From Candidatus Micrarchaeia archaeon (GTDB lineage: Archaea > Micrarchaeota > Micrarchaeia > CABMEP01): a DNA stretch of 64,000 nucleotides. Positions 51,097 to 61,121 of the stretch are shown in pieces. Made by a program: the position numbers and the translations under genes. The notes under the pieces are model-generated. The model was not told where the DNA came from and made no database searches. It worked only from the letters and a program-made list of their open reading frames with translations. Within the stretch, counting starts at the first letter, position 1. Each line of letters starts with the position of its first letter. The DNA is taken from NCBI GenBank assembly GCA_038881595.1, contig JAVZPM010000002.1, positions 1 to 64,000 of the forward strand, in the 5' to 3' direction.

Positions 51097-52077
51097 GGCT
51101 CTGTAGAAATCCTCTTAAATTATTATAAGTATAAACTCTTGGCGACCACGCCAAGAGGTATACGATGTCTAAGAGGCAGAATAAACTTAAAAAGCTTATC
51201 ATATTAGGCTTCCAGTTAGTAAAGCAGAGAGGAATCTCAAGGTATTCCTCCAAATTTTCCAAGAAAACATTTACTCAGCATCAATTCCTAGTGATGGGAA
51301 TATTAAAGACAGAATTAAAAATGAATTACAGAGACTTTAGAGATTGGTTAGAATTTTCAACCGAAGCAGTGTATCTCCTTAAATTAAAGAAGATACCTCA
51401 TTTCACTACATTGCAGAAATTTCTACAGAGATTTGATCCTGTAGTATTTGATATTCTTATTTCATCCATCTTTTCACAGATTGTAAGAAATAAACTGATA
51501 GATATTGCAGTGGATAGCAGCGGCTTTACTTCTTCCTACTCCAGTAAGTATTATGTAATGAGAATCAACAGAGAAACTACTTATCGGAATTTCATGAAGA
51601 CATCCATCTTGGTAGATCCTAAGACTAAAGCCTTAATCGCAGTGAAATGCAGAAAAGGTCCTGCTCATGACACAAAGGATTTCATTCCTCTTCTAAGAAA
51701 AGCAAATAGAAATATTAAACAAAGAATAAGGAACGTGATTGCAGATAAAGCCTATGATTCCTCCAAAAATTTCTACTTCATAGAGAAGGAACTGCATGCA
51801 AATGCAGTTATTCCATTAAGATATTATAGAACTAGAAGGGCAGGAAGGCATACAATTAGAAAACATAGACCATTAGATCCTGATAAAACAGTTTATGGAA
51901 GAAGGAATATGGCTGAAACTGTCTTTTCTGCAATCAAGAGAAAGTTTGGTGGAGATCTGCAAAGCAGACTCATCGAGGTAAAGAAGAAGGAAATTAAGAT
52001 GAAAGCACTTGTCTACAATCTATGTATTCTAATGACGAAGAAATCTTATTTTATCTTCATAGGATTTCTACAAAGCC
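51097..52077 (+). mobile_element. IS5-family insertion sequence, about 981 bp, ISH1-group-like
   Basis: 17-bp TIRs GGCTCTGTAGAAATCCT / AGGATTTCTACAAAGCC with 1 mismatch; flanked by direct repeat CCTAAAGA at 51089-51096 and 52078-52085. Confidence 0.88.
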
Positions 52078-52082
52078 CCTAA
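51165..52082 (+). CDS. IS5-family DDE transposase
   Basis: IPHFTTLQKF, AVDSSG, ADKAYDS, Y.RR..AETVFS..KR. Confidence 0.92.
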   Translation: MSKRQNKLKKLIILGFQLVKQRGISRYSSKFSKKTFTQHQFLVMGILKTELKMNYRDFRDWLEFSTEAVYLLKLKKIPHFTTLQKFLQRFDPVVFDILISSIFSQIVRNKLIDIAVDSSGFTSSYSSKYYVMRINRETTYRNFMKTSILVDPKTKALIAVKCRKGPAHDTKDFIPLLRKANRNIKQRIRNVIADKAYDSSKNFYFIEKELHANAVIPLRYYRTRRAGRHTIRKHRPLDPDKTVYGRRNMAETVFSAIKRKFGGDLQSRLIEVKKKEIKMKALVYNLCILMTKKSYFIFIGFLQSP

Positions 52083-52149
52083 AGAGAAATATTTATATAT
52101 ATCTTATGTTATAAAATCTTAATCATCTATGCTTAAACTGGGTGAAATT

Positions 52150-52632
52150 ATGGAAGAATTTAATTATAAGGTCAACGAATCAACAAGAAAATTCATCGAA
52201 GATGATTTCAAGGAAAGATTCAAAAAAACCGGCAACTCAATACTGCTAGAAAAGCCATTTCAGAAAGTGGCTGAATATTACATTAGGCAGAACGTACCTG
52301 CATATTTGAGAACGCAAAATGCACTTTCAAGCAATTCTGATGCAATAAAGCTAATGCAAAAAACTTTAGACGAATTTATATACAAAATAGAAAGCAAGGA
52401 ATTGGGTTGGCAATACCTTCTTAGAAAAGATGGATACGAGTGCATAAAGTTGTTTGACAATGTAGGTGAAAACATAATAGACTACAGTTACAGAGATCCG
52501 ACTCAAAAACCACCAATAACAGTAGAACTCCAGGTTAAAAATATGTTAAACAGATGGATAAGTGAAATGAATAATGAAAAAGAGACAGAATTAAATAAAG
52601 AAGATGAAAGCAAAGATGAAAATATTGAGTAA
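52150..52632 (+). CDS. Hypothetical protein
   Basis: ORF with GGTGA SD before ATG 52150. Confidence 0.55.
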   Translation: MEEFNYKVNESTRKFIEDDFKERFKKTGNSILLEKPFQKVAEYYIRQNVPAYLRTQNALSSNSDAIKLMQKTLDEFIYKIESKELGWQYLLRKDGYECIKLFDNVGENIIDYSYRDPTQKPPITVELQVKNMLNRWISEMNNEKETELNKEDESKDENIE

Positions 52633-52645
52633 TGGCTATTTTTAT

Positions 52646-52906
52646 TTATTCTATTTTTTTCCATACGCCATTAACATATTCATAAAGAGAACGAGTGGTT
52701 GAATCGTATACAATTCCATTTTTATCTGCAACTTCCTTTTCCCTGTCGATTTGTATTACTGTTTTATTTCGCATCCAATCAAAATGTTTGAAAGGATTCG
52801 GTTCTATGAGCGGAACTCTCATCTCTTCCTTTTTTCTTTTTTCGCACCATTCGATTACCTCTTTTATCTCTTTTGGTGGAATTCTACTTAATGAATAATC
52901 TGCCAT
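52646..52906 (-). CDS. Small hypothetical protein
   Basis: 86-aa ORF directly downstream of the GTPase gene, with a GTGA SD. Confidence 0.55.
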   Translation of the reverse strand: MADYSLSRIPPKEIKEVIEWCEKRKKEEMRVPLIEPNPFKHFDWMRNKTVIQIDREKEVADKNGIVYDSTTRSLYEYVNGVWKKIE

Positions 52907-52922
52907 TTTATCACATTAGTCT

Positions 52923-54017
52923 TTATTTTTCAGCTATTATTGTAACAATATCTTGGTCTTCAACTACGTGATCCAATCCTACCCTTTGATTTGGATATTT
53001 AACTGATTTACCATTCACCAATGCATATTTGAATTTTTCAAGTAATTCTTTATGTATTCTTTGACATATCTCTTTTATTGTTGTTCCTTTTTTAACGATC
53101 ATAGGTTCTCCAAGCTCCTTTCCTTCTTTTCTTTTTGTATAAATCTGAATGAATTTAAGTTTATCATATATTATATCTTTTAACTTCTCTATATTAATTC
53201 CTTTTTCTGCAGAAATCACTATTATGTCTTTTTTAAGTCTATTCTTTGCATCTTCTGTTATTTTTTTGATCTCATTTTCAGATAATTCATCTGCTTTATT
53301 TAATACGATTAATGAAGGCAGATAAACGCATGATTTACTGACATGATCGATTAATTCATCGAGTGTTATCTGCTTTGGAATTATAACATCTGCATTGAGG
53401 ATTCCAAATGTTTTCAATACGTCCTTTATTGTTTCTTCTTTTAATCCTGGTTTACCATTTATGACTATGCCGCCATATTGCTTTTTGTTTATTTTTATCT
53501 CTGGAGGTTCTTTATCCATTCTAATATTTGCCTTTTCTAATTCGTCTAATATTGTTTCTATTTTTTCATATCTTTTTGGATCAGTTACAATCATAATCAT
53601 ATCTGCAGCTCTAACAGTAGAAAGAATCATTTTGCCCATTCCTTTTCCTTCAGCAGCCCCTTCTATGATTCCAGGTATATCAAGAATCTGGATTTTTGCA
53701 CCTTTATGAATCAAAACACCAGGAATCACATCTTTTGTAGTAAACTCCCAAGCTGCAACCTGTGATTTTGTTCCAGTCAAGCGATTGATAAGTGTGGATT
53801 TTCCTACGGAAGGAAAGCCGACCATAACTAGAGTTGCATCTCCTTCTTTTTTTACCATGAAGCCTTTTCCACCACTACTTTTTTTTGAACTTGCTGCCTT
53901 CTCTTTTAATCTTGCTATCTTTGCTTTAAGAAGTCCTATATGGTGTTCCGTAGCCTTATTATATTGTGTTCTTGCTATTTCGTCTTCTATTTCTTTTATC
54001 TGTTGTTCGATTGTCAT
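52923..54017 (-). CDS. DRG/Rbg1-family OBG GTPase with TGS domain
   Basis: NKATEHHIG.LKAK, GFPSVGKST, DIPG.IEGA, NK.D, QRVG.DH...D.D. Confidence 0.93.
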   Translation of the reverse strand: MTIEQQIKEIEDEIARTQYNKATEHHIGLLKAKIARLKEKAASSKKSSGGKGFMVKKEGDATLVMVGFPSVGKSTLINRLTGTKSQVAAWEFTTKDVIPGVLIHKGAKIQILDIPGIIEGAAEGKGMGKMILSTVRAADMIMIVTDPKRYEKIETILDELEKANIRMDKEPPEIKINKKQYGGIVINGKPGLKEETIKDVLKTFGILNADVIIPKQITLDELIDHVSKSCVYLPSLIVLNKADELSENEIKKITEDAKNRLKKDIIVISAEKGINIEKLKDIIYDKLKFIQIYTKRKEGKELGEPMIVKKGTTIKEICQRIHKELLEKFKYALVNGKSVKYPNQRVGLDHVVEDQDIVTIIAEK

Positions 54018-54052
54018 TCTAATCACTTGAATGAAAATGCAAAATAGAATTC

Positions 54053-56338
54053 TTATTGTTGCGTCTGTTCTTTTTGTATCTGGCTGGTTTGGCGGAGTTC
54101 TTCTTTAACAAGATTTGGAAATATTACTGCCCATTCTTTTTCTAGATCAGAGTAATCAATTTCTCCATTTTCCTTTTCTTTCTCTTTCATTAGTTTTCTA
54201 AGCGATGCATTTGCTTTAAGTACGAACCCTATTTCCCTTAGCATTGGATTATCTGCTTCTAAAGATGCTTTGTATATTTGGGAATAAACTTTTCCTTTCA
54301 TGAATGCTTCTAACATATATTGTTCTGGAGAGATTCCAGTATCTGCAGCCCTTCTTTCCAATGCAGGAGGTATGAATTTAATATCTATTTCTTTCTCAAG
54401 TTTGCCCACATCAATATTTTCAATTGTCCATTGACTTGCCTCTGGATTCTTTATGAATTGACAATCAAGTCTTGAAGTTGTAATATTTGGACCTCTAGTA
54501 AATGAAAATGTTTCTACAAATTTTCTTTCTACAGGCTCTGATTCGTATGCCTTCTTGATAATTCTATATAGTCTTTCTTTTCTTCCAAATCTAAATTTAT
54601 GCAGGAATGTATATCTGTCTGTTGCAAACATTGATGCAGCAGGGATTCCAAATACTAGCTCCAATCTGTCTTGCACGTCTCTTAAACTTTCAGCATGGAA
54701 ATTGTAGAGTAAGAATACTCCTGGTTGCGTGTTCAATAGATTGATAATACCTTGTACAGCAGTTCTTGATCTTAATTCATTTATTATCACTGCAGCTTCA
54801 CCCATTCTTAGCAATGCAGATGTCATCTTTACAATTGACAATGCAGTTCTTTCTTCCTCTTCCTCTGCAACCTTTGCAGAACCGATATGGAAACCATATT
54901 TTCTGTAAGCTCTAGTTGGAATTTCTTCTATATCCTGCACAGGGATTATTCTCTTCTTTGTTCCAATTGCAGTTATCTTTGCAGCAGTAAATGATGTTTT
55001 ACCGCATCCTTTTATACCCATCACACCTTCGGATGTTCCAAGTGAAACCATAACATCGTCGTATCCGCAGAAAAATGCAGACATTGAATTGTAATGCAGA
55101 TACTGTGAATAGGTGAATGGAGTTGGTTTCATGATTCTAAATGCACCTTGAAGCTCACCGAATGTTGCAGGAGGCCCCTGTAGATGACATCTCATATTAA
55201 TTCGATTTAGCATTAAATCAATCAATGGATTCTTTTCATCAAGTTTCTTTCCTAACTTAGCTCCAAGTGTTGCATTAAGAAATGCATATTCAAGGAGCTG
55301 TCTATTGTATCTGTATTGGGTGTGGCAGGTTCCATGATAAACATGCTCAAGATAGAGAGGAGAGTTTTCAGCATCTATATAAATATCAGTTATGTTGTTT
55401 TGGTCAAGTGCAAGATTCTCAAGAGGAGCACCTAATCCGAGCGTCCAATTAACGGTTTCTTTTGCCATTACTAATGCTTGTTCTTGAGTTATAGGTATTT
55501 TGTTCATTGCAGCGGTATCTAGATAATATTGCCTGTATTCGAGAAGTTTCTTATCATACAAAGCTGCATAGTCAAGAACACCAGTTATTTGCTGCATATT
55601 TGCAGCTATGTATTGCCTCATTAATTTTTTGAGCTGATCTGGAAGGTTTTGAAGAATATCGTTTTTCTGTACATACATATTTGCCTCTTTTCCAGGAAGC
55701 TCATAAATCTCAACCTTCCAACTGTATGGTAAATCATATTTTGCAGTTTTAGCTTCGATCAGCTTTGCATTCTGTGGAAGTTCGAGCGAAATTGTCTCGA
55801 CGAAGGCAGCGCTTCTCATCTCAGCAAATTGCAGAAATACACTTCTCATATCTCCAAGTTGCTTTGTAAGGGAATACATCTTTGTCTTTCTTAATGCATC
55901 CAATATATTAAGGAGTATGGTTCCAAATCTTCTGTATCCCTCAAGAAATACTCCTCTTGTAGGTTCTGGCTCTTTGTATTCCATTATTTTTTGTTCTGCA
56001 ATCAATGGATTTTGGTAGAGCGAATCTAAAACTTCTTTAAGCACTTTCTTCCTTACAGTGTAATAATCATCCTCTTTTCTTCCAAAAGAATCAGGATTTA
56101 ATGTTATCAATTCAACCTGCCTTATCAGCGAGACATATTCCTTAATAACTTGAGTCTTTTGTTCGTCAAATTCGATTATCATTTCTTCTTCGTATCTTAT
56201 CCTGTCGAATTCAAAATCTGTTACTAATGCCAATTGTTTTAGCTGACTGTTGATGCAGTCAGGACTGAATAATTCATATGGACTTGCTATTGAGTCCATA
56301 ATTGCTACTCTGTTTTGTATTCCACGGTAGATGCACAT
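54053..56338 (-). CDS. Divergent type II/IV secretion-family (VirB11/FlaI-like) ATPase
   Basis: ITDIYI, Walker A GIKGCGKTS, Asp-box VQDIEEI, ALLRM, Walker B IINELR, His-box FHAE; start position uncertain. Confidence 0.72.
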   Translation of the reverse strand: MCIYRGIQNRVAIMDSIASPYELFSPDCINSQLKQLALVTDFEFDRIRYEEEMIIEFDEQKTQVIKEYVSLIRQVELITLNPDSFGRKEDDYYTVRKKVLKEVLDSLYQNPLIAEQKIMEYKEPEPTRGVFLEGYRRFGTILLNILDALRKTKMYSLTKQLGDMRSVFLQFAEMRSAAFVETISLELPQNAKLIEAKTAKYDLPYSWKVEIYELPGKEANMYVQKNDILQNLPDQLKKLMRQYIAANMQQITGVLDYAALYDKKLLEYRQYYLDTAAMNKIPITQEQALVMAKETVNWTLGLGAPLENLALDQNNITDIYIDAENSPLYLEHVYHGTCHTQYRYNRQLLEYAFLNATLGAKLGKKLDEKNPLIDLMLNRINMRCHLQGPPATFGELQGAFRIMKPTPFTYSQYLHYNSMSAFFCGYDDVMVSLGTSEGVMGIKGCGKTSFTAAKITAIGTKKRIIPVQDIEEIPTRAYRKYGFHIGSAKVAEEEEERTALSIVKMTSALLRMGEAAVIINELRSRTAVQGIINLLNTQPGVFLLYNFHAESLRDVQDRLELVFGIPAASMFATDRYTFLHKFRFGRKERLYRIIKKAYESEPVERKFVETFSFTRGPNITTSRLDCQFIKNPEASQWTIENIDVGKLEKEIDIKFIPPALERRAADTGISPEQYMLEAFMKGKVYSQIYKASLEADNPMLREIGFVLKANASLRKLMKEKEKENGEIDYSDLEKEWAVIFPNLVKEELRQTSQIQKEQTQQ

Positions 56339-56391
56339 GATTTAAATATTATTAGAAATGCTTAAAAATACAATTACTCTAATGGTATTTT

Positions 56392-58314
56392 ATGATAAAG
56401 ACGAAAATTGATAGGATCGCTTCTTTAATAAAGGAGAAGCCAATGTCTTTAAAGGATTTATCTTCTCAACTGGATTTAAATCAAGAAATAATTGAGATTG
56501 TTGGAAGAAATCTTGAGGCGAGAGGAATAATGCGATTGGATTACCCAGCTGTAGGCTCACCGATTTTATCTCTTGTAAAAGTTCTAGATGAGAAACATGA
56601 ATCAATTCCTACTTCTTTCGATGAAAAATATTCATTTGATGTCAATGGAATTAATGTAACTATCTACATTTATAGAGACCAAGAACGAAGGCCATTTTAT
56701 CATGTAGTTTATAGCGAACCTGCACCATACACTCTGGAGTTTTTAAAGTCATTAGAACCGGAGATATCAAGAGATATACCGCTTGATACAAGTTACTTTT
56801 TAACTCCAGAAAGGATGCAGGCATACCTTCCCATAATATATAATAAAGTTAAGGATAAATTGTCAGTTTATTTTGGAGAGCACTTAGATCAATTGGCAGG
56901 ATATATATTTATTAACATGTATGGAATGAGAGAGCTCGAAATATTAATGGGTGATGAAAATCTTGAAGAAATCTCTGTAAACACTTCACTTATTCCTATT
57001 TCAGTTTATCATAGAAATTATGGATGGATGAAGACAAATCTTAAATTTAAAGACGAAGAAGAAATCGCAAATATCGCATCTCAAATTGCAAGAAGAGTAG
57101 GACAACAGATTACCATTGCAAACCCAATATTGGATGCTTTCTTAACAACTGGTGACAGAGCAACTGCAACTCTCTTCCCTGCTTCTACAAAAGGAAATAC
57201 AATTACTATTAGAAAATTTGCAAAAGAACCATGGACAGTTACTAAATTCATTGCAAATCATACTCTTTCTGTTGATATGGCTGCATTGCTATGGCAGGCG
57301 GTGCATTATGAGATGAACGTTATAGCAACTGGAGGAACTGCAAGTGGAAAAACAAGTCTTCTTAACATTATGATGCAGCTGTCTCCACCATATCAAAGAA
57401 TAGTTTCGATTGAAGAGACAAGAGAAATCGCACTTCCTGAGCATATATGGAATTGGGTTCCTCTTCTTGTAAGAGAAGGAGGTCCATCCCTTGAAATGGA
57501 AAAAGTTAAGATATCAATGGCAGATCTCTTAATAACTTCATTAAGAATGAGGCCAGATAGAATCATATTAGGTGAAGTCAGATCTCCAGATGAAGCAAAA
57601 GTTCTATTTGACGCAATGCATACTGGTCACAGCGTATCTACGACATTTCATGCAGATTCAGCAAACCAACTGCTTAAGCGTATGCTAGAGCCCCCGTTTT
57701 CAATTCATGCAACAGAAGTCGAATCTATTCATTTAATTGTTGTCCAGCACAGAGACAGAAGAAGAAATCTAAGAAGAACATTTGAAATATCTGAAATTTC
57801 ACCAGGTTTAGAAGGTACTTTGTCAACAAATAGATTATATATCTGGAGACCAAGAACAGACAAATTTGAAGAGATAAACAAACCCAGAAGATACATAGAG
57901 GATATAAATGTTTATACTGGAATGACTGAAAAGGAAATTTACGACGATCTCGATGAAAGAAAACAGATTTTAAACTGGATGGTAAGACATAAGTATTTCG
58001 ATATCCTGCAGATCAGTGAGGTTGCAAAGGCATATTACAATACGCCAGATGTGCTTTATAGGGCTGTTGAAAAAGATAAAGAGCTAGAAGGTGTTCCAAA
58101 ACCAAAACATCTGTTTGAAGCTCCAACCTTTTCTACTTTCAAGACAGTTTCAAATGAAGAGATAAATGTAAAAGAAGAATCCAAACCAATCTCACTAAGT
58201 AAAATACCAGAAGTAGAATTTTCTGCTTCAGAAGTTCTCAAAACCCTTACAGAAGAAATAGAAAAGGCAAAGGCAGAAAAGAGGAGCAAGAAATCAAAAG
58301 GAAAGAAAAGATGA
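56392..58314 (+). CDS. Type IV pilus assembly ATPase (FlaI/TadA family)
   Basis: D.NLEEI.VN, TIRKF, GGTASGKTS, LRMRPDRIILGEVR, TGH...TFHA. Confidence 0.93.
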   Translation: MIKTKIDRIASLIKEKPMSLKDLSSQLDLNQEIIEIVGRNLEARGIMRLDYPAVGSPILSLVKVLDEKHESIPTSFDEKYSFDVNGINVTIYIYRDQERRPFYHVVYSEPAPYTLEFLKSLEPEISRDIPLDTSYFLTPERMQAYLPIIYNKVKDKLSVYFGEHLDQLAGYIFINMYGMRELEILMGDENLEEISVNTSLIPISVYHRNYGWMKTNLKFKDEEEIANIASQIARRVGQQITIANPILDAFLTTGDRATATLFPASTKGNTITIRKFAKEPWTVTKFIANHTLSVDMAALLWQAVHYEMNVIATGGTASGKTSLLNIMMQLSPPYQRIVSIEETREIALPEHIWNWVPLLVREGGPSLEMEKVKISMADLLITSLRMRPDRIILGEVRSPDEAKVLFDAMHTGHSVSTTFHADSANQLLKRMLEPPFSIHATEVESIHLIVVQHRDRRRNLRRTFEISEISPGLEGTLSTNRLYIWRPRTDKFEEINKPRRYIEDINVYTGMTEKEIYDDLDERKQILNWMVRHKYFDILQISEVAKAYYNTPDVLYRAVEKDKELEGVPKPKHLFEAPTFSTFKTVSNEEINVKEESKPISLSKIPEVEFSASEVLKTLTEEIEKAKAEKRSKKSKGKKR

Positions 58315-58339
58315 TTTGAATTTATTAGAGGGATAATTG

Positions 58340-59305
58340 ATGCTTGCAAAAAAGAAAAATAGTGATGAAAACAAAGATAAACTATCAATCAAAACATTAA
58401 ATTCAGAGATTCAAAAAGAAAACCATTTTGAAGTCTACATACCTATTCAATTGGTTTCGACAGAACAGGCAAAGTACGGAAGATTTTTGCTTCCACTTGC
58501 AAGGTTTTTATTAACTCCTTCAAAGAAAAAAGAAATTGAAAAAGCCTACCTTGTAGGTGAGCCTGATTATATAATGGTCGCATTCATTTTATCTTCTCTT
58601 GTCTGGGCTTTGTTCTTTTCACTTGCAGTATTTTTATTGCAAATTCTAGTAGCATTTGAAACACCAGAATCTGCAGCTCCTCTTTCAATATTGATATTTG
58701 TAATTTCATTTCTTTTCTTTTTTTATTTACATTATATTTATCCTGGGATTCTTGCAAAAAAAGTTGCAGAAACCACTGAATTTGAGCTTTTACATGTTCT
58801 TAGAGAAATGTGGATAGATTCCACATCCGGTGTACCATTATACAATATACTTGTAAATGTTGCGAGAGCAGGTTATGGTCCAATTTCAAAAGATATAGAA
58901 GCTGCAGTTCGAGAAATCAATACTGGAGAAAGAGATGTAAATGCATTAGAAAAAGTAGCACAGAAAACAAGCTCAGAAAATTTCAAGAGAATTTTATGGC
59001 ATCTCTCCTCATCCATGCGAACTGGCGTGGGATTAACTCTCGCATTAGAGAATTCTATAAACATGCTTTCATCAGAACAATTGAGAAGAATAAGGGAGTA
59101 CGGTGCTTCTTTAAATTTCTATTTGCTTCTTTATCTGTTGTTTGCAGCAGTTATACCATCGATTGTAATAACATTCTTTGCTATACTTTCTGCATTTGGG
59201 ATATTTCCAATAACATTTGATCTATTATTTGCTTTGGTTATTTTATCATCTTTATTACAAGTTGTATTGATAGGTTTGATGAGGGCAGGAAGGCCTATAA
59301 TATGA
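58340..59305 (+). CDS. T2SSF / TadC-like pilus platform membrane protein
   Basis: SGVPL, YG.IS, ALE....T.SE.F.R..W; TM helices. Confidence 0.85.
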   Translation: MLAKKKNSDENKDKLSIKTLNSEIQKENHFEVYIPIQLVSTEQAKYGRFLLPLARFLLTPSKKKEIEKAYLVGEPDYIMVAFILSSLVWALFFSLAVFLLQILVAFETPESAAPLSILIFVISFLFFFYLHYIYPGILAKKVAETTEFELLHVLREMWIDSTSGVPLYNILVNVARAGYGPISKDIEAAVREINTGERDVNALEKVAQKTSSENFKRILWHLSSSMRTGVGLTLALENSINMLSSEQLRRIREYGASLNFYLLLYLLFAAVIPSIVITFFAILSAFGIFPITFDLLFALVILSSLLQVVLIGLMRAGRPII

Positions 59306-60354
59306 GAAGGGATTGTATGATATTTAGTAATCTGCTAAAAAATTTAGAAGACAGGGTACCAATGTATATTAAAAAAAAGATTCAAAAATTGCTTTTATAT
59401 GCAGGGGAGGAAGAAGCGCCAGAATCTTGGTTTATAAAGAATTTAATAGTTTCATTGCTCTTTGGCCTTGCTTTTCTCTCTGCACCAACTATATTCTTTA
59501 GTTATCTATCTGAAGCAGGCTTGAATCTTACAGAGACAAGGTTTCTCATATTATCGTTTATAATTGGGTTGACTGCATTCATTGTTTACTGGATATTTGT
59601 TTTTTCAGCATTGTATCTTAAAATAGAATATAGAAAAAGAAGAACAAATGAAATATTACCTGATTTTCTTTCAAGCGTTGCAATGAATATAAGGGCAGGA
59701 ATGGAACCGATTTCAGCACTCTATGTTTCTTTAAGGCCTGATTTTGATCCAATAACATCTGAAATGATGAAGATAAGGTCTTTAGCCATAGGATCAAAAT
59801 CAATATTGGATCAGCTGTCTTATCTTACTTCTAAGATTGATTCTAATGCACTTAGAAGAACAGTTGCAATTATAGATAGAGCATCAAGGTCTGGAGGAGA
59901 GTTAGGAAGACTGTTGCTATCTGTAGCTGATGATTTAAGAGATACAAATAGAGTACAGAAAGAATTAGAGACGTCAACAAGAGGATACGTATATTTCATT
60001 TCATTCCTTACTATATTGGGAATTCCGTTGCTTCTTTCTGTTTCATCAGTTTTCATTAGTGCAACTGCAAAACAAAGCCAACAGTTTACTGGGGGATTCG
60101 GAGGTTTAATAAGCGTGATTCCAATATCAAATGTAGTTACTTCTCAAACTTTAGATCCATCAGCAGTTTTAACTATATTCATAATTCTTATATCTATAGG
60201 TGCTATCTCCGCTTCACTTATGTTGGGTGTATTATGGCATGGAGAGGTAAAGCAAGGGTTTAGATATTCAATAATATTATTACCCTTAGCGATTATTGCA
60301 TTTTTAATATTTAGATCTGCCATGTTCTCTCTAATCGCCTCTTTTGGAATCTAA
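59302..60354 (+). CDS. T2SSF / TadC-like pilus platform membrane protein
   Basis: LPDFL..VA.NIRAGM, SGGEL..LL..VA.DLR; TM helices. Confidence 0.87.
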   Translation: MRRDCMIFSNLLKNLEDRVPMYIKKKIQKLLLYAGEEEAPESWFIKNLIVSLLFGLAFLSAPTIFFSYLSEAGLNLTETRFLILSFIIGLTAFIVYWIFVFSALYLKIEYRKRRTNEILPDFLSSVAMNIRAGMEPISALYVSLRPDFDPITSEMMKIRSLAIGSKSILDQLSYLTSKIDSNALRRTVAIIDRASRSGGELGRLLLSVADDLRDTNRVQKELETSTRGYVYFISFLTILGIPLLLSVSSVFISATAKQSQQFTGGFGGLISVIPISNVVTSQTLDPSAVLTIFIILISIGAISASLMLGVLWHGEVKQGFRYSIILLPLAIIAFLIFRSAMFSLIASFGI

Positions 60355-60452
60355 AAAAAAGATTTTTATACCTTGCATTATAATCATAATAATCAGTAAA
60401 CATATCGGTAAAAAATATCACGATATGTGGAAAATTTAATTGAGGTGGATAT

Positions 60453-60935
60453 ATGTTTGGAAAGAAAAAAGGTCAGGCAACAATTGAATATTTGGTTTTG
60501 CTTGCAGTGGCAATAATAATTGCACTGGTAATATTTGCATTTATGGGATGGATACCTGGCTTTGCAGGTAGCCTAAAGGAAAGACAAGTCAAACTCTACT
60601 GGTCTTCTCAATACCCAATACAAATAAGAGAATACAAGTTTTTCAATCAAAGTGGTGATGGTAATTTAACATTACAAGTACAAAATGTTGCTGACTATCA
60701 AATAAATATAACAGGTTTTTCAACTAGAAGCGCTTCAAACAATACACCAACCTATATATTATTACCTGGTGAAACAAAAGTAATTTCATATATATTGGGT
60801 TCTTACAATACCATTTGTAGTAAAGTCGGAGATCCATACGAATTAACAGAAGTAAAAATAAACTATACGATTATTGGTGGAATTCAAAATATGGTAGAAA
60901 CTGGTGATAGACCACTTGTAGGAACCTGCCAGTAA
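60453..60935 (+). CDS. Class III signal peptide pilin
   Basis: KKKG|QATIEYLVLLAVAIIIALV. Confidence 0.85.
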   Translation: MFGKKKGQATIEYLVLLAVAIIIALVIFAFMGWIPGFAGSLKERQVKLYWSSQYPIQIREYKFFNQSGDGNLTLQVQNVADYQINITGFSTRSASNNTPTYILLPGETKVISYILGSYNTICSKVGDPYELTEVKINYTIIGGIQNMVETGDRPLVGTCQ

Positions 60936-61121
60936 ATTAATTAGTTAGTTTTTTTATTTTTATTTTTTATTCTTTTATTAATTTTTCGTGTGCTCTGGTT
61001 TTGATCTTATTTTTGATTTTATTTAACTATTTAAATGTCCAGTCCACTATTGGACTATTTACTTTTTTATAGCTAGCTAGTTATTTTAGTCATATTTTAT
61101 TGTAATCTTATTTTTGTTTTT

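Noticed and set aside
61041..61056. Hairpin AGTCCA-CTAT-TGGACT as a possible ncRNA
   Set aside because: A 6-bp stem in a T-rich gap between convergent genes; chance or a terminator is more likely
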